Shown piece after piece: positions 51,587-61,906 of a stretch of 64,000 nucleotides of DNA. The DNA lies in the NCBI GenBank assembly GCA_037443035.1, contig JBBIPC010000003.1, positions 90,951 to 154,950 of the forward strand, read 5' to 3'. Under the pieces are notes generated by a model, which searched no databases, had not been told where the DNA came from, and worked only from the letters and a program-made list of their open reading frames with translations. Each line of letters starts with the position of its first letter. Within the stretch, counting starts at the first letter, position 1. Source of the DNA: Chthonomonadales bacterium (GTDB taxonomy: Bacteria; Armatimonadota; Chthonomonadetes; Chthonomonadales; CAJBBX01). The position numbers and the translations under genes are program-made.

Positions 51587-52372
51587 GTGAGAGCAAAGCA
51601 AGGATTCACCCTCATTGAGCTGCTGGTGGTCATCGCGATCATCGCGATTCTGGCAGCCATCCTGTTCCCTGTCTTCGCCCAGGCGAGAGAGAAGGCAAGG
51701 GCGATCGCGTGCCTCTCCAACACCAAGCAGATCGGCACCGCGGTGATGATGTATGCCCAGGACTGGGAAGAGGCCATCGCTCCGTGGATTAGCTGCGGCG
51801 CCGGCCAGGGCTGCGGCAACCCCACCCGCGCCGAGCGCTTGTGGACCGGCAAGCTCCAGCCGTATATCAAGAACGGCGGGCAGATCGGCCCCACCGGTCT
51901 CTTCGTGTGCCCTGGCTTCGCAGATGCCAAGTTCCTCGAGGCCGCCAACGCCGTGGACTGCGACGGCCCTGGATCGCTGGATCCCTACTACCCGCCTCTG
52001 GAGCGCTATGCGCACTACGGCTATGCCTGGCATCAGGCGAGCATGGTGGGCTCCGGCACGCAGGTGGATCCCTATTGGCAGTTCCCGGGCTCGTTCGCCT
52101 ATCCGCCCGACTATGGCCCCGTGACGCGCACTCTGGCCGAGATCAAGCGGCCCGCTGAGACTGCCATCGTGACGGATGGTCAGACCTGGGTCGGTGGCGG
52201 CTACTTCGTGATCACCTTCGGCTGCGAGGCGGCTGCCATGCACAACGGTGGTGGCAACCACACCATGCTCGATGGTCACTCCAAGTGGCTGGCCCGCAAC
52301 TCCGAGCGGTATCTTGCCCAGACGTCCTCAGGCGCCTGGTACAAGCGGTACTTCTGCTTCCCGCTTGAATAG
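51587..52372 (+). CDS. Prepilin-type N-methylation / H-X9-DG (DUF1559-like) protein
   Basis: [12 protein letters not shown]...[41 protein letters not shown]. Confidence 0.92.
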   Translation: MRAKQGFTLIELLVVIAIIAILAAILFPVFAQAREKARAIACLSNTKQIGTAVMMYAQDWEEAIAPWISCGAGQGCGNPTRAERLWTGKLQPYIKNGGQIGPTGLFVCPGFADAKFLEAANAVDCDGPGSLDPYYPPLERYAHYGYAWHQASMVGSGTQVDPYWQFPGSFAYPPDYGPVTRTLAEIKRPAETAIVTDGQTWVGGGYFVITFGCEAAAMHNGGGNHTMLDGHSKWLARNSERYLAQTSSGAWYKRYFCFPLE

Positions 52373-52382
52373 GCGGAGAAGC

Positions 52383-52607
52383 ATGGACTGCATCCGCCCG
52401 GTGGTCGCAAGAGTCGGTGCGCTGGCCCTGACGGCGAGCATAGCTCTCGGCATGCTCGCTCTGCCCGGGTGCAAGAAATCGGAACCCGAGCCGAGTGCGC
52501 CGGGATACTACACCGGCCCCATCAAGCCCAAGGGAGAGGTAGCTCCGGGACCCGGTGCTGGCGCCAAGCCCGGTTCCAAGCCAAGCGCAGCGACCGGCGA
52601 CCTGTAA
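52383..52607 (+). CDS. Small proline-rich lipoprotein (74 aa)
   Basis: Hydrophobic signal ending LALPG-C; PGYYTGP motif; GGAG RBS. Confidence 0.7.
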   Translation: MDCIRPVVARVGALALTASIALGMLALPGCKKSEPEPSAPGYYTGPIKPKGEVAPGPGAGAKPGSKPSAATGDL

Positions 52608-52679
52608 GGGTACCGGTGAGGCCCGGACACAAGGAGGTGAACGGGCCTCGAAGCAAGAGTGCTAGTGAGGTAACGTGAG

Positions 52680-52949
52680 GTGGAGGACAAACAGAAGAAA
52701 CTCCTCCTAGTGGGTCTGTTGATTGTTCTCGCCGCGGTCCTGGCCTTTACCCTCCGCGGGGGCAAGAAGGAAAAACCGCCGCCGACTGTACCGGGCTACT
52801 ATTCCGGACCAATGCGGAACAAGAGCGATCCGACCAAGTACACTACGGAGGATAACCGAATAGCACCGACGCCACCTGGCGCATCCAACTCCGCATCATG
52901 GACGCCCGTCCAGGTGGACAAGACCGGTCGCATCAAGGAGACCGAGTAG
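52680..52949 (+). CDS. Small membrane-anchored proline-rich protein
   Basis: N-terminal TM (LLLVGLLIVLAAVLAF); PGYYSGP motif. Confidence 0.7.
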   Translation: MEDKQKKLLLVGLLIVLAAVLAFTLRGGKKEKPPPTVPGYYSGPMRNKSDPTKYTTEDNRIAPTPPGASNSASWTPVQVDKTGRIKETE

Positions 52950-53066
52950 GGTCGTCTTCGACAGTAACTGCGTCTGACCGTCCTCCTGCTTCCGTGCGGA
53001 TTGCGCCGTCGCTTGCTTCGGCAGCGGCGGCGTTTGTCTTCTAATCGGGTCCTGTGGTTGGGATGC

Positions 53067-53096
53067 TTGACGCACCCGCGCGCGTAGACGTAGAAT
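53067..53096 (+). promoter_or_regulatory. Sigma70-type promoter, probably yielding a leaderless mRNA
   Basis: TTGACG-18 nt-TAGAAT, 7 nt before the ATG at 53104; no SD. Confidence 0.65.
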
Positions 53097-53103
53097 GCCC
53101 GCC

Positions 53104-54210
53104 ATGAAGATCGTGGACCGTTACTTGGCCAGGGAGATGATCGTGCCGTTTCTCATCGGCCAGGCAGCGGTCGTTCTCATGCTGACGGGCACGGTCCTCT
53201 ACAACAACGCCGATACCTTCCTCTCCTACCAGATTCCGGCGTTGGGCATCGCCAAGATTGCCTTCTACTTCATGCCCTACCTGGTGGCGCTGACCATGCC
53301 AGTGGCGACGGCCATCGCCGTATCCCTCGCCGTCAGCCGGCTCAGCCGTGATTCGGAGATCACCGTCATGCGCGCCGCGGGTATCAGCCTGCGGCGGATC
53401 TTCGCGGCCTGCTTCGCGGCTGGCATCGTCCTCAGCTTTGGCGGGTTCCTCTTCGGCGAGAAGATTGTCCCCTGGGCGAACCTGCAGTACGAACGGACGA
53501 TGGCGCAGCTATCGCGCAGCATCCGCTTTCTCACCCCTCAGGAGGGGCAAGTTGTCCAGTCCGCAGACCGTCGCTACACGGCCTATGTCGGGCGCTTGAC
53601 TGTGTCGGGGAAGAAGACCATCCTGCAGGACGTGACGATACTCATCCGCCGCCCGGACAACCCCATCCCGACCGTGGTACACGCCGCTTCCGCTGATTAC
53701 CGAGAGGGTCGGTGGACACTGCATGACGCCCGGGTTCACATCTACGAAGAGGGAGGGGATCGAGAAGTCTTCAGCCGTGGGAAGACCTTCTACATTGACT
53801 TCCGCCTGCCGGAACGTATGTTCAACATGATCTACCTGCAGCTCCCACTGTATAGCGCGGCTGCGACAGTGAGCTTCCGCGACCTTTCCGCACGCATCGC
53901 AGTCCAGCGACGCAGTGGATATGTGAACCCGCAAGATCTACTGGAGCTGCACTTCAAGCTCTCCGTGCCCCTTTCGTGCCTCGTCTTCGCGCTAATCTGC
54001 CCTCCGCTGGCCATGCGATTCGCCCGCGCTGGCGGATTCATGGGTGTCCTCCTCTCCATCATCCTCGTGTTCGTCTATTGGAACACCTTGCTGGCCGCTA
54101 GGATCATCGGCTCCAGGTATCCCGGAATCCTGCCGCCCGCCGTGGCAGGATGGGGCCAGAATGTCCTCTTCTCCGCTGTCGGGGTCTGGTTTCTGTGGAG
54201 AAGCGAGTGA
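53104..54210 (+). CDS. LptF/LptG-family permease
   Basis: MKIVDRYLARE, RLSRDSEITVMRAAGIS, beta-rich periplasmic domain, HFKLSVPLSCLVF. Confidence 0.9.
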   Translation: MKIVDRYLAREMIVPFLIGQAAVVLMLTGTVLYNNADTFLSYQIPALGIAKIAFYFMPYLVALTMPVATAIAVSLAVSRLSRDSEITVMRAAGISLRRIFAACFAAGIVLSFGGFLFGEKIVPWANLQYERTMAQLSRSIRFLTPQEGQVVQSADRRYTAYVGRLTVSGKKTILQDVTILIRRPDNPIPTVVHAASADYREGRWTLHDARVHIYEEGGDREVFSRGKTFYIDFRLPERMFNMIYLQLPLYSAAATVSFRDLSARIAVQRRSGYVNPQDLLELHFKLSVPLSCLVFALICPPLAMRFARAGGFMGVLLSIILVFVYWNTLLAARIIGSRYPGILPPAVAGWGQNVLFSAVGVWFLWRSE

Positions 54211-56609
54211 GGTCCCTCGCATCGCTGCTTGCCCTCGTTGCGTGCATGTCGTTGACGTCGCGAGGCTGGCCGCTGTCTCCCTTGCCGCAGAGCGACACCA
54301 AGACGGAAGCGGCGGGTAGGGGGCATTCGGTAAAGACCGAGCAGCCACATGATCAGGATCCTCGAGAGGAAAAAGGAGCGGGCATTCCCGACGGTGAGCA
54401 ACGGCGGGAGAGCATCCAAGACGAACAGGCCGCGGCTCGCCCCGAAAAGCCGCCGCCCAACGTGCTCTATCTCCGGTTCGACGACGCAGACATTGACGGC
54501 ACGAAAGTACGGGCGAGCAACGTCACCATGACCTATGGCGAATACGAACTCCGAGGCGGTCGTCTCGAAGGAGACCTGGACGAGGACCTGATCTTCACCG
54601 ATTCGCCATCCCTGACCTACCGTGGCCAGACCCTGCTCGGCGACGCCGTGCGGTTCAATACGAGGCTGAAGACCTACCGCATCGAGAACCTCCGCACGGC
54701 GCTGACACCCGAGTTCCTCCAGAATCGAGCCATCTCGCCCCTCTATCTTGCAGGCGGATCCATCGCCGGAAGGGAGAATGAGCCCATCGTCGGTAACGAC
54801 GCGACAGCCACATCGTGCGATCGCTCGCGGCCTCACTACCTTATCCAGGCCGGGGCTATCGAGATAAGCCCGGGAAAGCGAGTCACCATGCGCCACGCAG
54901 CCATCTCGTACCGTGGGCGGAGACTGGTGGTGCTGCCAACGGTCGTCGTTCCATTGGACCGGCGCCTGCCGCGCGGGGGCTACCAACCCTCCGTAGGACG
55001 GACCGTGGAGGAAGGATGGTTCGCACGTGTCGGGTTCAACTACTTGCTGTCCCGACAGGCCCCGGGAATGTATCGAGTGGATCTCATGGAACGGAAGGGG
55101 ATCGGACTTGGGGTAGAGCAGGCTTGGAACACAGCGCGAGCGATGGGAGAAGCTGCAGTCTACGGCATACCCTTCGGTCCGCAGGGCAGCAACCTCTCAG
55201 GACGAGTACACTCGAGGCTTGCGCTGGGCGGAGGAAACGAGCTGGACCTGGGCTTCGACACCCGTCGTAACGACTACCGGACGCTACCAGACACAACGGA
55301 CCGGAACATTCGGCTCGGGTACAGCTTTCGCGGCTCCGGACTCGATACGCAGCTCAGCCTGAGCAGCCGGTCCAACCGATCGGGTGCCTACGAATCCAGC
55401 TCAAGCGCGGCGAACCTATCTCAGCGTTTCACGTTCGGACGGTCAGGCTCGATCCAGTTCAATGCGGATTACTCGCGTTACTCGAGCGGAACTACCACGA
55501 CGACGGGCACGACGGCCCAGACGAACGAGACACTGAACGCACGCATACAGGCGGACTTTTCGGCGCCGACCTATGCTCTCCAGCTTGTCGCTAATCGAAA
55601 CGTCCCTGTAGGGGAGCGGTCTGGGCAATCCTATTTCGGCGGAGTGGAGAGGCTTCCTGAGATCACTCTGTCGCGGTTTCGATTCGCCCGCGGTCCGCTG
55701 TCGACGGTTCCCCTCCTCTTCACGCTTGGTGCGGGCAAGTTCTCCGAAGGCGTCTCGTCGGGCTCTGGAACGATCCGTACGGTGACCGAGCGGGTCACGG
55801 CGGGTTTCGATTTCGGCTCTCAGCGATACGCCATCGCACGCAATACCGATCTCGATGTCTCCGTCGGCTTCACCCAGTACCTCTACGGAGAGGGAGCTGC
55901 GCAGTACATCCTTCGGAGCAACAGCTCCCTCGTGCAGCATTGGGGCAAGAAGTCAGGTATTGCGTTCCGCTACACGTATCAGCAACCCCATGGTGGCACA
56001 CCGTTCCGGTTCGATCGTCAGGGCAAGTACCACAGTCTCACTGCCGACATGGGCCTGCTCGACGATTCGAGGTTGCAGCTCACCGCGCGAGTGGGATATG
56101 ACTTGTCGGGATCTGACTACGGTGGAGGAGCGCAGCCCTGGCAGACGCTCTCTGCCAACCTATACATACGGCCGGTGGACTGGCTTCGCCTCAGAAACCT
56201 TCTCACCTACGATCCAAATACGGGGGAGTTCGTCTCCATCACGTCGGACCTGCGCTTGCGCGGCAGCAGGGACTTCGCGCTGGACCTCGTCTCTCGCTAT
56301 GATCCTCGCACGCATCGCTTCGGCCAGGTCAACGCCTATCTCAATCTGCCGTTGCTGCCTGCGTGGAGGGTTATCCTCCTCACTCAATACAACGGCTACC
56401 TCAGTCGATTCGAGAGCCGCAACCTTCAGATCATTCACGATATGCACTGTCTGGAGGCATCCCTGACGTTCATTGACAACCCCTACGGCTGGCGCGCCGA
56501 CCGTCAGGTCATGTTCCAGATCCGGGTCAAGGCGTTCCCTTCCTTCCAGCAGTTCGGCACTGGGCTCTATGGGCAGGCTCTCGACACTAGCGTCGGAGAT
56601 CGATTCTGA
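54207..56609 (+). CDS. LptD-like outer-membrane beta-barrel protein
   Basis: Signal peptide; ATSCD..PHYLIQA N-domain motif; long beta-strand-rich body; HDMHC near the C-terminus; terminal Phe. Confidence 0.7.
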   Translation: MRSLASLLALVACMSLTSRGWPLSPLPQSDTKTEAAGRGHSVKTEQPHDQDPREEKGAGIPDGEQRRESIQDEQAAARPEKPPPNVLYLRFDDADIDGTKVRASNVTMTYGEYELRGGRLEGDLDEDLIFTDSPSLTYRGQTLLGDAVRFNTRLKTYRIENLRTALTPEFLQNRAISPLYLAGGSIAGRENEPIVGNDATATSCDRSRPHYLIQAGAIEISPGKRVTMRHAAISYRGRRLVVLPTVVVPLDRRLPRGGYQPSVGRTVEEGWFARVGFNYLLSRQAPGMYRVDLMERKGIGLGVEQAWNTARAMGEAAVYGIPFGPQGSNLSGRVHSRLALGGGNELDLGFDTRRNDYRTLPDTTDRNIRLGYSFRGSGLDTQLSLSSRSNRSGAYESSSSAANLSQRFTFGRSGSIQFNADYSRYSSGTTTTTGTTAQTNETLNARIQADFSAPTYALQLVANRNVPVGERSGQSYFGGVERLPEITLSRFRFARGPLSTVPLLFTLGAGKFSEGVSSGSGTIRTVTERVTAGFDFGSQRYAIARNTDLDVSVGFTQYLYGEGAAQYILRSNSSLVQHWGKKSGIAFRYTYQQPHGGTPFRFDRQGKYHSLTADMGLLDDSRLQLTARVGYDLSGSDYGGGAQPWQTLSANLYIRPVDWLRLRNLLTYDPNTGEFVSITSDLRLRGSRDFALDLVSRYDPRTHRFGQVNAYLNLPLLPAWRVILLTQYNGYLSRFESRNLQIIHDMHCLEASLTFIDNPYGWRADRQVMFQIRVKAFPSFQQFGTGLYGQALDTSVGDRF

Positions 56610-57922
56610 TGCGCATGGCCTACAGGAGAGTCCTGGTGATGGTCTCCTTTGCAGCGGCACTCGGATTGATGGTCCCCCTGCACGCCGGACGCTCTCGAGA
56701 GGCCGCGATGCTCCACAAACGGCTGTCCACCGGGCTCCAGCTCATCGCCGTGCAATCACCTGGTGCTGAGCTTGCGGCTGTGGACGTGTGGATCCGTGCG
56801 GGATCTGCAATGGAATCCGTTGAGGAGAGGGGCGCTGCGCACTTCCTCGAGCACATGCTGTTCAAGGGCACGCCGACGCGGCCAGCCGGAGCCATAGACT
56901 TCGCCGTCGAAACCTGCGGGGGCATACTCAATGCTGGCACGACGCGAGACGGCGCACACATCTTCGCCACTGTGGATCCGGCGTACGTCTCCCCTGTGCT
57001 CAGCGTCATCGCCGATGCTGTGCGCAACCCATTGCTGGATAGCTCCGAGTTCGAGTTGGAGCGCGCGGTCATTCTCGACGAGTTCGCTCGGGACCTCGAT
57101 CGGTCCAGCCGGCTACTGCAGGATGCAGCCTGTGGCGCGGCCTACTCCAACCATCCCTATGCGCGCCCCGTGTTGGGCACAGCCGAGGACATTCGACACA
57201 TCTCCCGCGACACCGTCCGCGCTTTCCATGATCGGTACTACCGGCCGCAACGTGCCGTCGTGGTAGTCGTAAGTCCTGCTCATCCGACGTCCACGCTGGA
57301 GGCTATGGAGAAGACGTTCAGCGATTGGCAGGCGCAGACTCCATTGGACGCCACGGTGGCACGGTCTGAGCAGATACGCGATGGCTGGCGTCCGGCGTCC
57401 TTCGGACCAGTGCCTGCGCCGGCGGCACCAGGCGAGCCGGCGCGTACGATGATGATCTGGAAGACGCCACCTGCAACGAGTTCAGAGGATATTGCAGCGT
57501 CGGAGCTGATCGCTGCGCTAGTGGAACCGGTTGCAGCGTCATCCTCCAGCATCGCGGGTTCGGCAGGCGCTGAAGCCATCCACGGCATGGAGGGCGGCTT
57601 GATCGTCGCTTGGTATCCAGCCAGCGCGCCAGGCACGGCCGGGAAGCTAAGGGCGCTTGTCCAGCGTTTGTCAGATGTCGGTCCCACCCCAGCCGAGTTG
57701 GCGGCAGCAACGAGACGTGTGCTCGGACGACATCTCTACGCCATGGAGACGGTTGCCGGCATGGCCCGTGAGGTGGGAAAGTGGGCGCTCTACGGATATC
57801 CGAACTTACCTCTGGAGTACGGCCAGCTTCTGGAGCGCGCCACCTTGGCCTCGGTTCGAGAATACGCACGAAAGTGGCTAACCTCCGCAGGGACGCCTCC
57901 GCAACAGGATCGGACCCCATGA
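56609..57922 (+). CDS. M16 (pitrilysin-family) zinc peptidase, catalytic subunit
   Basis: GAAHFLEHMLFKGT (HxxEH), ERAVILDE, HPYARPVLG; signal peptide. Confidence 0.9.
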   Translation: MRMAYRRVLVMVSFAAALGLMVPLHAGRSREAAMLHKRLSTGLQLIAVQSPGAELAAVDVWIRAGSAMESVEERGAAHFLEHMLFKGTPTRPAGAIDFAVETCGGILNAGTTRDGAHIFATVDPAYVSPVLSVIADAVRNPLLDSSEFELERAVILDEFARDLDRSSRLLQDAACGAAYSNHPYARPVLGTAEDIRHISRDTVRAFHDRYYRPQRAVVVVVSPAHPTSTLEAMEKTFSDWQAQTPLDATVARSEQIRDGWRPASFGPVPAPAAPGEPARTMMIWKTPPATSSEDIAASELIAALVEPVAASSSSIAGSAGAEAIHGMEGGLIVAWYPASAPGTAGKLRALVQRLSDVGPTPAELAAATRRVLGRHLYAMETVAGMAREVGKWALYGYPNLPLEYGQLLERATLASVREYARKWLTSAGTPPQQDRTP

Positions 57923-59292
57923 AGGTCAAAGGTTACTTCTGGCTGTCCCTGGGATGGACGTGCGCCGGTCTTGCTCTAACTGCGTTAGTGTGGCATTGCG
58001 CCGGCGCACTCGCGGCACGATCTCCAGCCGAAGTGACACGCTTTACAACAGACAGCGGCGTCCGCGTCGTCTTTCGGCAGGAGCCTGAATCGCCAACGGT
58101 CGCCATGGCCGTGGCGGTTCGTACGCTACCGGCAGAGTACCGGTCGGCGCCTGGTATCGGTGGTGTCGTTGCCAGTGCCCTTTTCGGCGCCAATAGCAAT
58201 CTCAGCCGCGAAGGAGTCGCGCGCGCCATCGCGTACACCGGCGACGGGTTCCAGGCTAGCTGGTCGGCGGAATGCGCTATGGTATCTTGCGTAACGACGC
58301 CGGCGGCCTTTTCCGACGCCGTGTGGATCGTTGCCCAGGCACTGAAGAACGCCGACATGGACGTGGAGACTGCGTCGCAGGCGGTACGGAACCTGCTCGC
58401 AGCGCAGGCGCGCGAAGCGTCCGATCCAGTGGCCGTAGGGGCACAGGCTGCTCGAGCCAAGCTTTTCGGCGGCCATCCGTACGGCCGTCCGCCGCTCGGC
58501 ACGCCTGACAGTATCCGGCGCATCCCAAGACAGAATCTCCTGAGCTACTACCGTTTCGCGTACGTACCGCAACGCACGGTCATCGCAGTTTGCGGCAACC
58601 TGGATGTCGAACGCGTGCGACGCGTCCTCAGCAGTCACCTCGTGGACTACGAGAACCAGCCACCCGCACATTCGCGAGGCACCGCGGCCGAAGACCTACC
58701 CGAACCCGATGGTCCTGCTCACCTGACCGCCACGACCACTGGCACGACAGCGGCGGTCTTGGCAGCTTATCGGACGCCAGGCGTCGCCTCGCCACGCTAC
58801 CCCGCTCTGCGCGTGTTGGCTACACTGCTGGGCGGCGGCAAGGGATCGAGACTGTTCCGCAGCGTGCGAGATGCACGAGGTGTCGGCTATGTGGTTGGAG
58901 CGGACATCTATGCGTTCGCGGACGCCGGAGTGCTCTACGCTTTCGCAGAGGTGGCGCCGCGCAAGGACGATCCCGTCTTCCTGGAGAGAGTGGAGAAGCT
59001 CGTGGTGGGCACCGCGGAGAGTGTTCTCGAATCACCCCCGACAGAGGCCGAACTGGAGCGGGCTCGCAGGTTGGCAATCGGCATGCATCGGGCTGAACGT
59101 CAGCGTGGCGTGGATCGCGCCGTTGCTCTTGCCCGGGCCGAGTTGCTCGCCGGCGGCTGGTCGGCCGACGAGGCGTTGCCGGCACGGATGGCCGGGGTGT
59201 CTCTCAGCGATCTCACGGAGACGGCCCGCGAGGTGTTGACGAATCGTTGCGTGGTGGTAGTTCGCCCCGATGGGACGCCACCACTGCGATGA
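57919..59292 (+). CDS. M16 peptidase non-catalytic partner subunit
   Basis: M16 fold motifs HPYGRPPLG and LGGGKGSRLFRSVRDARGVGY; no HxxEH. Confidence 0.85.
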   Translation: MKVKGYFWLSLGWTCAGLALTALVWHCAGALAARSPAEVTRFTTDSGVRVVFRQEPESPTVAMAVAVRTLPAEYRSAPGIGGVVASALFGANSNLSREGVARAIAYTGDGFQASWSAECAMVSCVTTPAAFSDAVWIVAQALKNADMDVETASQAVRNLLAAQAREASDPVAVGAQAARAKLFGGHPYGRPPLGTPDSIRRIPRQNLLSYYRFAYVPQRTVIAVCGNLDVERVRRVLSSHLVDYENQPPAHSRGTAAEDLPEPDGPAHLTATTTGTTAAVLAAYRTPGVASPRYPALRVLATLLGGGKGSRLFRSVRDARGVGYVVGADIYAFADAGVLYAFAEVAPRKDDPVFLERVEKLVVGTAESVLESPPTEAELERARRLAIGMHRAERQRGVDRAVALARAELLAGGWSADEALPARMAGVSLSDLTETAREVLTNRCVVVVRPDGTPPLR

Positions 59293-61025
59293 TGGCGACG
59301 CGCAAGATCCTCGGCCAGGGCAACGCCCGTGGTGGCGAGATTCTGCAGGACCCTCAAGCATCCGAAAAACTCAGGTGGCATAGCGGACTTGTTCAGCGAG
59401 TAGAGATTCGGCACACACGTCAATGAAGCCGACGGACGGCACGTCCAGCGCAGCACTCGCCCATGATGGGACCAGCAGAGCCGCATGAGTCGACCATCGT
59501 AAGCATCCCGAATCAGCACGTCGCGGAAGTCGTTGGGATAGGCCATGGAGTACGGACCCGCACCCGTAGTCGCGAAATCACGCAGGGTGTAAGGATGCAG
59601 CGTCACAAAGTAAGCCGAGGCGCGGCGCACGTAGAACTGACGCGGCAGCGTCACACGCAGGTTCGGTAGGTCCGTGAGGTCTCTTAGGTACCGCTCCAGC
59701 GCCGGTCGCTCGATGTCGCGCAGGGCACGCCAGCGATCCTCGCGCAGAATGTCGTGGTCGTGCTGCAGGACATTCGGGCCAAGATGGTAGCTGATACTGT
59801 TGAAGGCCGCCCGCTTCTGATCGAAGGCTATGTTGAACCCACTCGTGCTACGGCGGCCGTTGAGCCATCGTAGACTGAGCGATGGGTTGCGCAGCCCAGC
59901 GCAGTGCATCAGTAGGCTGAAGCCCTCCGCCAGCGACGTCCAGCCGAGACCGTAGAAGTCGTAGATCCGGATGAAGTCTCTTTGGTAGCGGCGATGGTAC
60001 CGCTTCAGCTCCCGCGCAAGCGCGGGGTCTCGGAGGGCATCGTCCCAGCTCACATTCGCCATGTCGAGTATGGCCTCCGCTGGGATCCGCGTCAGATCCT
60101 TGAGCCTCGAGCGCGTCGCCAAGTCGATCCCGTCCACGTTGAAGACGAGCCCTGAAGCCAGGTTCGGCGTGTCGGTACTCATGGGCACGCCGGCCTTTTC
60201 TGTCACGCGGGCCTCCGGATCCATATCCACGAAGACCTGCGCACGAATCTCGCAGCCTTCCTCTGTCACGACCGAGGCGAGCCGTCCCCCCGTCTTCCGG
60301 ACGAGCAGGGAGTCGTAGCTCCGTGTGTGCAGCACGCGAATGGTCTGCCTGTAGTGTTTCTCGAGAAAGCGGACGAGTTTCGGTGTGACGTTTTCGGGCA
60401 GCGCCACCATGTTGCCTGGCGCCATCCCGAGTGCTTCGCGGAAGAGCCGCACCTGCTCCCTCGGTCGCGATATCCGTCCGTAGCCGTCGAAGTACCGCAG
60501 GTTACCTCCGGAATCGGAGACCAACCCACCGAGCGGCCCTGCGTAGATCATTGCCACCGACAGGCCACGGTCCGCCGCAGCCATTGCGGTGATAATCGCT
60601 TCGATCTCTCCGCCGACGATGCATAACTGCGCTCCGAAACCGGTGCACGGTGCCCCTGTGCGAGGCTCGTCCAGCGGTACGGCGAACGGAAGCGGCCGTC
60701 CATACCGCAATGCGAATCGAATAGTCTGCGGGTGTGCCTGGCGTACGTCAGCGATCCACCGAAGGGTTCGTTCGCAACGCGTACGCACTGCTGGATCTAC
60801 TGGCACTGCCGGACATGCGAGGAATCGGCGCAGTCTTCGTGCGCGCCACTGGAGGTCGCGCGTGGTCAGCACCTCGCCAGCGTGCGGGAAATCGGCCTCA
60901 CCGAGCACGATCGGCAGGAGCCCATTTGCCTCTTGACGCACTGTCAGTCGCGGTGCAGCGACAACCATGGCAGTGAGAGCAGCCAGCACGGTTGCCCAAC
61001 TGACGCGGTGGGGGAGCCTCCTCAC
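59100..61025 (-). CDS. Secreted FAD-dependent oxidoreductase-like protein
   Basis: Signal peptide; Rossmann-like IVGGEIEAIITAMAAA..LGGL; AQVFVD; 3' end overlaps the convergent M16 gene. Confidence 0.6.
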   Translation of the reverse strand: MRRLPHRVSWATVLAALTAMVVAAPRLTVRQEANGLLPIVLGEADFPHAGEVLTTRDLQWRARRLRRFLACPAVPVDPAVRTRCERTLRWIADVRQAHPQTIRFALRYGRPLPFAVPLDEPRTGAPCTGFGAQLCIVGGEIEAIITAMAAADRGLSVAMIYAGPLGGLVSDSGGNLRYFDGYGRISRPREQVRLFREALGMAPGNMVALPENVTPKLVRFLEKHYRQTIRVLHTRSYDSLLVRKTGGRLASVVTEEGCEIRAQVFVDMDPEARVTEKAGVPMSTDTPNLASGLVFNVDGIDLATRSRLKDLTRIPAEAILDMANVSWDDALRDPALARELKRYHRRYQRDFIRIYDFYGLGWTSLAEGFSLLMHCAGLRNPSLSLRWLNGRRSTSGFNIAFDQKRAAFNSISYHLGPNVLQHDHDILREDRWRALRDIERPALERYLRDLTDLPNLRVTLPRQFYVRRASAYFVTLHPYTLRDFATTGAGPYSMAYPNDFRDVLIRDAYDGRLMRLCWSHHGRVLRWTCRPSASLTCVPNLYSLNKSAMPPEFFGCLRVLQNLATTGVALAEDLARRHHRSGGVPSGRTTTTQRFVNTSRAVSVRSLRDTPAIRAGNASSADQPPASNSARARATARSTPR

Positions 61026-61906
61026 CCCTTGATACCCTGCAGCTTGATGCTTTCGATGAAGTACCGCTGATTGAAGAGGAACACGATAACGACCGGTACT
61101 GTCGCCATGACCGATGCGGCCATGAGGAGGCTGTAGTCGGTGCTATAACGTTGCGTGAACACGGTGAGACCGATGGGTAGGGTTCGCAGCTCTGGCGTCA
61201 CCGTCACGATGAGCGGCCACATGAAACTTCCCCAGAAGCCCATGAAGGTGAACGTCGCGAGCGTCGCCAGGGCGGTCTTGGCTAGGGGCAAGGTGACTTT
61301 CAGGTAGATCTGTGTCAGGCTGGCACCGTCCATCCGGGCCGACTCCTCCAGCTCACGCGGAAGAGACATGAAGAACTGACGGAGCATGAACGTACCCCAC
61401 GGGCTGAAAATGCCAGGAACGATCAGCGCATAGTAGCTGTTCACCCAGCCAAGGGCTCTGACCACGGCGAACACGGGCACGAGCGTCACCGAGCCTGGGA
61501 TCATCATGGTGGCCAGATAGCCGAAGAAGAGCTGGTCGCGACCTGGGAAGCGGAGACGTGCAAACGCGTAAGCCGCCATGGAGCTAGTGACGACCTGCCC
61601 GAATGTACCTGCCGCAGCCACATACAAGCTGTTGCCGTAGAGCCTCCAGAAACTCATGCCGTCGGCTGCCATGCGAGCGATTGCTTCAGCGTAGTTGGAC
61701 CAGTAGAGCTTCTTCGGAAACCACTCGATGGTAGCAGTGGAGAAGGCCGCACTCGGCTCACGGAGCGACGTCACGGTCATCCAGTAGAAGGGCACGACCA
61801 TGATGAGCGCGCCTGCGGTGAGAGCGATGTACAGCACGACTAGACGCAACTGCGCCAGTGTCTGCTCCGACTGTCCCCTCGGGCGAGCGCTAGTGGTACT
61901 GGACAC
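61022..61906 (-). CDS. Carbohydrate ABC transporter permease (MalG-type, CUT1)
   Basis: AAYAFARLRFPG, EAA loop ELEESARMDGAS, TLPIGL. Confidence 0.95.
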   Translation of the reverse strand: MSSTTSARPRGQSEQTLAQLRLVVLYIALTAGALIMVVPFYWMTVTSLREPSAAFSTATIEWFPKKLYWSNYAEAIARMAADGMSFWRLYGNSLYVAAAGTFGQVVTSSMAAYAFARLRFPGRDQLFFGYLATMMIPGSVTLVPVFAVVRALGWVNSYYALIVPGIFSPWGTFMLRQFFMSLPRELEESARMDGASLTQIYLKVTLPLAKTALATLATFTFMGFWGSFMWPLIVTVTPELRTLPIGLTVFTQRYSTDYSLLMAASVMATVPVVIVFLFNQRYFIESIKLQGIKG

